A stretch of 64,000 bases of DNA. It comes from an uncultured Methanomicrobiales archaeon. Its GTDB lineage: Archaea > Halobacteriota > Methanomicrobia > Methanomicrobiales > Methanospirillaceae. Made by a program: the position numbers and the translations under genes. Shown piece by piece: positions 60,864 through 64,000 of this stretch. The number at the start of each line of letters is the position of its first letter. Position 1 is the first letter of the stretch. The DNA lies in assembly GCA_963758915.1 (NCBI GenBank), contig CAVWXH010000009.1, positions 128,001-192,000 of the forward strand, in the 5' to 3' direction. A model generated the notes under the pieces. The model was not told where the DNA came from. It made no database searches and saw only the letters and a list, made by a program, of their open reading frames with translations.

Positions 60864-61106
60864 ATTTCTTCATATTGACGTTTGTTCAGGCAGGGACAAA
60901 TAATATTCCGACAAGTGCGATGATAACAAGAATCGAAACATAATGATTTAAGGATTTATTGGCCTTTGTCAAAGATAGTCCCCCATTATCGATACCTAAG
61001 TCATGGAGTATAATAAATTGTCAGGATATGGCGGGTTCAATGGTTTTTTTCTCACGGATTGTCATTGTTTAAAAATATTACAAGGCAAAAATGACAGTGC
61101 AAGATT

Positions 61107-61209
61107 ACGCTGCCGAAAGGGATGTATCGCATTAAATCAAAATATGTCCCGATGTACGCAAAACGAACGTAGGTGTTCGCTTTTTGCATACTTTTTCATA
61201 CTAATTTTC
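61107..61209 (+). repeat. Family C repeat, full copy (left direct repeat of the hydrolase gene)
   Basis: ACGCTGCCGAAAGGGATGTATCGCATTAAATCAAAATATGTCC...CATACTTTTTC..TACTAATTTTC, near-identical to 62390-62493. Confidence 0.92.
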
Positions 61210-61344
61210 TTATCGTTTTTTATAGTTTTTTAACATATTACACCGTTCACCGGGATAACAAAAATATTAAAAAAATAACCGATATTTTAAATTTTAATAG
61301 TTAATACAAGTTAATTCACAATTAATCGATGTAAGAGGATCGTT

Positions 61345-62223
61345 ATGGACAAGACACATATTTCAACCCTGGTGATCGCCGTAATGATCTGCCTCCTCGT
61401 GACGGCAGGCTGTACCAGTTCCCCAGGTACCCCGGCACACCCGGTACCGTCACCAGTCAACCCGTAACTCCGGTAGTCAGGGCGCCATCAGCCTGTATCG
61501 TTCAACGCAACCCCTGTCCAGTATGCAAAGGTCAACGGAGTGACGCTGGGATACCGGGAATTCGGAGCAGGTGAACCACTCCTGATGGCCCAGGGATTCG
61601 GGGACACCATTGATGACTGGAATGAGACGTTCATTGGCATCCTCGCCTCGAAATACCATGTATACACCTATGATCACCGGGGAATGGGCTACAGTAGCGA
61701 ATATAACGGGTCACCCACTATTGCACTCTATGCAGATGATGCCGCAAAACTGATTCCTGCACTTGGCTATGACAGCATGAATGTATACGGGGTCTCGATG
61801 GGTTCCTCGGTCTCCCAGCAACTGGTTATCGATCACCCTGAACGCGTACGAAAACTGGTACTGGATTCTGTGACCTACGACATCCGGATACCGGAGACCA
61901 GACTGCTGTACGTCCTCATTGTAACGGAGGGTAACAACCCCAACCAGACCCAGGGCGTTCATCAGGAGTCCCAGGCAAACCTCAACTGGAGCGGGTCCTG
62001 GGACCATCTTTCAGGAATCAATAAGACTGTCATGCTTGTCGTGGGCACCGCGGACGTACTGACTCCACAGAATGTTACGGTCCAGATTGCCGGGCAGATC
62101 AACGGATCGTGGCTCGTGCGGTTCAAGGGACTCCCGCATTTCGGGTCCAAGTATGCACCCGTCCAATACGGGGAGAACGCACTCGATTTCCTCGGCATGA
62201 ATGAGTCCCCGCTGGGAACATGA
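61345..62223 (+). pseudogene. Alpha/beta-hydrolase lipoprotein with a disrupted linker (in-frame TAA 61465 and TAG 61474)
   Basis: ATG 61345 gives MDKTHISTLVIAVMICLLVTAGC (lipobox-like) in the same frame as the catalytic ORF (QGFG, YDHRGMG, GVSMG, GTAD, PH). Confidence 0.7.
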
Positions 62224-62389
62224 AATCTTTTATTTTTCGCGGGACCTTTTTGTCCTCCAAAGTTGGGCCTTTTTCCCTATCATGAATGCACAGGCTGATT
62301 AGGCGGATCTGTATACCTACGGCCCCGGTGGATAATGTAAACTTTTTTTTAAAAAACCAATTCACGGCAAAGGTGCCCGGTTCAAAATC

Positions 62390-62493
62390 ACGCTGCCGAA
62401 AGGGATGTATCGCATTAAATCAAAATATGTCCAAATGTACGCAAAACGAACGTACGTGTTCGCTTTTTGCATACTTTTTCTCTACTAATTTTC
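62390..62493 (+). repeat. Family C repeat, full copy (right direct repeat of the hydrolase gene)
   Basis: Differs from 61107-61209 by a few substitutions and one small indel. Confidence 0.92.
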
Positions 62494-62586
62494 AGCTCAG
62501 ATTTTCAAGATTTTTTAAAATAGCACACTGTTGACTGTGACAGCCGACTGGATTATTGTCTTTTTAGAATAAATCGGTCTACAAAA

Positions 62587-63333
62587 TCAGGAATTAAGGG
62601 CGGAATAGAGATCAATTATCCTATTAAGTGTTTTCCAGCCTTTATCAGTAATAATATAATCCCCTCGTTCATGTCGCTGAAGGATCATTCCTGTATCGGT
62701 AAGTTTCTTGATGTGGAATAACAGGTTTCCACCACGGAGTCCGGTCACCTGTGAAAGTTCTGAAAAGGTTCGGGTCTGCCCGGTAAGGGATTTCAATATC
62801 TGGAACCGCTGGACATTAGCTACAGGCTCAAGGATATTCCTGACCAGGTCGTCATCAGATATAACGGCACATATTGGATTTTCCTTATTTGAACGTTCAT
62901 AGATCCCAAGCGACTTGATGAGATCAACCTGTTTTTCAAAGAGCCTGCTGACTTCCTGGAAACAGGTATCACAGCGTTCAAAAGGGCCTTTTTTTCTCAT
63001 GCCCTTCAACTGTTCCCGAAACGATATAACGAGATCTTCGCTTACCCGTTCATCTTTGATATGTGTCGCAGAGGCCTGTAAAAACTCCATGAATACTGCA
63101 AAACAACTTTCCTGCATTTTACAATCAGGAACCATGTTTTTCGATAATTCGGTATGTGCTGTATCGACATGGTGGTTCACGAAAAGGTTTGCATAATTGT
63201 TTTTCAGATCGCTTACTACAGCCTGGATGTTCTGTGTGTTCGCATTTTCGATAAAGCGTTTTAATTCATTCCGAAGACCGTTGATTTCGGTTTTTATTTC
63301 ATTTAATTGAGATGCCGATGATGTACCTGCCAT
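62587..63333 (-). CDS. ArsR-like regulator with C-terminal wHTH and Cys-containing N-terminal domain
   Basis: EPVANVQRFQIL...TFSELSQVTGLRGGNLLFHIKKL..GMI.Q.HERGDY.IT.KG; Cx5C (CKMQESC) and CxxC (CDTC). Confidence 0.88.
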   Translation of the reverse strand: MAGTSSASQLNEIKTEINGLRNELKRFIENANTQNIQAVVSDLKNNYANLFVNHHVDTAHTELSKNMVPDCKMQESCFAVFMEFLQASATHIKDERVSEDLVISFREQLKGMRKKGPFERCDTCFQEVSRLFEKQVDLIKSLGIYERSNKENPICAVISDDDLVRNILEPVANVQRFQILKSLTGQTRTFSELSQVTGLRGGNLLFHIKKLTDTGMILQRHERGDYIITDKGWKTLNRIIDLYSALNS

Positions 63334-63472
63334 TCATGCCTCGTTACTCTCATGGTACGTGGTTCAACAATATTACTGTAAAGGTCATGCAACTGTAGTA
63401 ACTTTATTTAGTATATTTTTGTGACGCTCACGTATATATCACAAACCGATCCAGTATGTGTTGGTAAGAACC

Positions 63473-63718
63473 ATGACACAATCTGTAAAAGACCAGCTCC
63501 ATGCGCAAATCACAGGAGCACTCAAAGGCGCAAAATTTCCTATCAAGACCCCAGCAGACCTCATTGCAGCATTTCCAATGGGTGCAGACACAACCTGCCA
63601 GGTAGGGGCTGTGAAGATGACCGCCGGAGAAGCAGGAAAGTTATTGACCGCCAGCGACTTCCCCTTCAAGAGTGCGGATAGCGTTGCTGACACAATTCTT
63701 TCCCGTGCAGGAATGTAA
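63473..63718 (+). CDS. MTH865-family small protein
   Basis: QITGALKGAKFPIKTP.DL.AAFP.GADTTC..G...MTAGEAGKLL...DFPF. Confidence 0.85.
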   Translation: MTQSVKDQLHAQITGALKGAKFPIKTPADLIAAFPMGADTTCQVGAVKMTAGEAGKLLTASDFPFKSADSVADTILSRAGM

Positions 63719-63721
63719 TTT

Positions 63722-63763
63722 AGAGGATAATTATCCTCTCCTGCAATGGCAGGAATTATTTTT
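63722..63763 (+). terminator. Palindrome, hairpin and T-tract downstream of the MTH865 gene
   Basis: AGAGGATAATTATCCTCT (perfect 18-bp palindrome), CCTGC-AATG-GCAGG, then ATTATTTTT. Confidence 0.4.
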
Positions 63764-63915
63764 GATGAAAATTAAAGGATAGATTCATGCGAAGACGACA
63801 ACCTCTGTGGTGACACAGGGGAGCCTTGAACGATTTTTCATCTGCTAATTTATAAGAGATGCTCGATTCCTTTAGCTCTGATCCCACCGCTGCAACGACG
63901 CTCTTACAGGCCGTT

Positions 63916-64000
63916 TTACGTTGATTTTGTTAGGAACGGGGCGAACATCGGTGCGATCGTGGGCAGGTTGAAGTACTCTCGCCAGAGTGTGATGCGCCCA
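63916..64000 (-). CDS. C-terminal fragment of an NTF2/SnoaL-like (limonene-epoxide-hydrolase-like) protein, truncated by window edge
   Basis: Minus-strand frame GRITLWREYFNLPTIAPMFAPFLTKST*. Confidence 0.55.
   Translation of the reverse strand, partial: GRITLWREYFNLPTIAPMFAPFLTKST

Noticed and set aside
61080-61170. GGCAAA...GCCGAAAGG...ACGCAAA resembling a c-di-GMP-I (GEMM) riboswitch
   Set aside because: Spacing and pairing do not fit the two-hairpin consensus, and two copies are not upstream of genes; kept only as repeat family C
61465-61476. Pyrrolysine or selenocysteine read-through in the hydrolase
   Set aside because: The first stop is TAA, and an alternative-frame linker explains the region better
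61003-62534. ORFs 61003-61233 and 62286-62534 sharing RCRKGCIALNQNMS.CTQNER as a protein family
   Set aside because: Similarity is confined to the DNA repeat; starts and flanks are unrelated and no SD is evident, so probably translated non-coding repeat
59300-62550. Integron attC array
   Set aside because: Repeats lack RYYYAAC...GTTRRRY ends, flanked genes are not co-oriented, and no IntI is present

Overview
Chromosomal window from a methanogenic archaeon, inferred to be Methanomicrobiales (Methanoregula/Methanolinea-like) from its gene content: TFE, aTrm56, archaeal AlaS, DUF39-CBS/NIL-ferredoxin, and DUF1890/1894/2180/MTH865-type proteins. Most of it is housekeeping: a trm56-ATP-grasp-tfe-HD operon, sulfur-assimilation genes, alaS, hisH, corA, tRNA-Gly(GCC), a long tetrapyrrole and anaerobic cobalamin cluster (sirC-hemABLC-cobA-cbiTLFGHCDE), DNA-repair genes (stand-alone LigD phosphoesterase, MutY-like, mutL, mutS) and a 2-oxoacid:ferredoxin oxidoreductase. 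The last ~6 kb is AT-richer and accessory-like. No CRISPR array, transposase, integrase or rRNA was seen. Most notable observations: (i) three families of dispersed non-coding repeats, one of which brackets a lipoprotein hydrolase as ~105-bp direct repeats inside an aquaporin/DUF2180/Cys-rich wHTH/MTH865 neighbourhood; (ii) a frameshift-hidden 2H-phosphoesterase + calcineurin-like phosphoesterase fusion; (iii) small ORFs missed by the ORF track, including a 34-aa ORF coupled by ATGA overlaps to both hemC and cobA; (iv) three reading-frame disruptions (one in hemL) that may be assembly errors. All family assignments are from motif recognition, not database searches.
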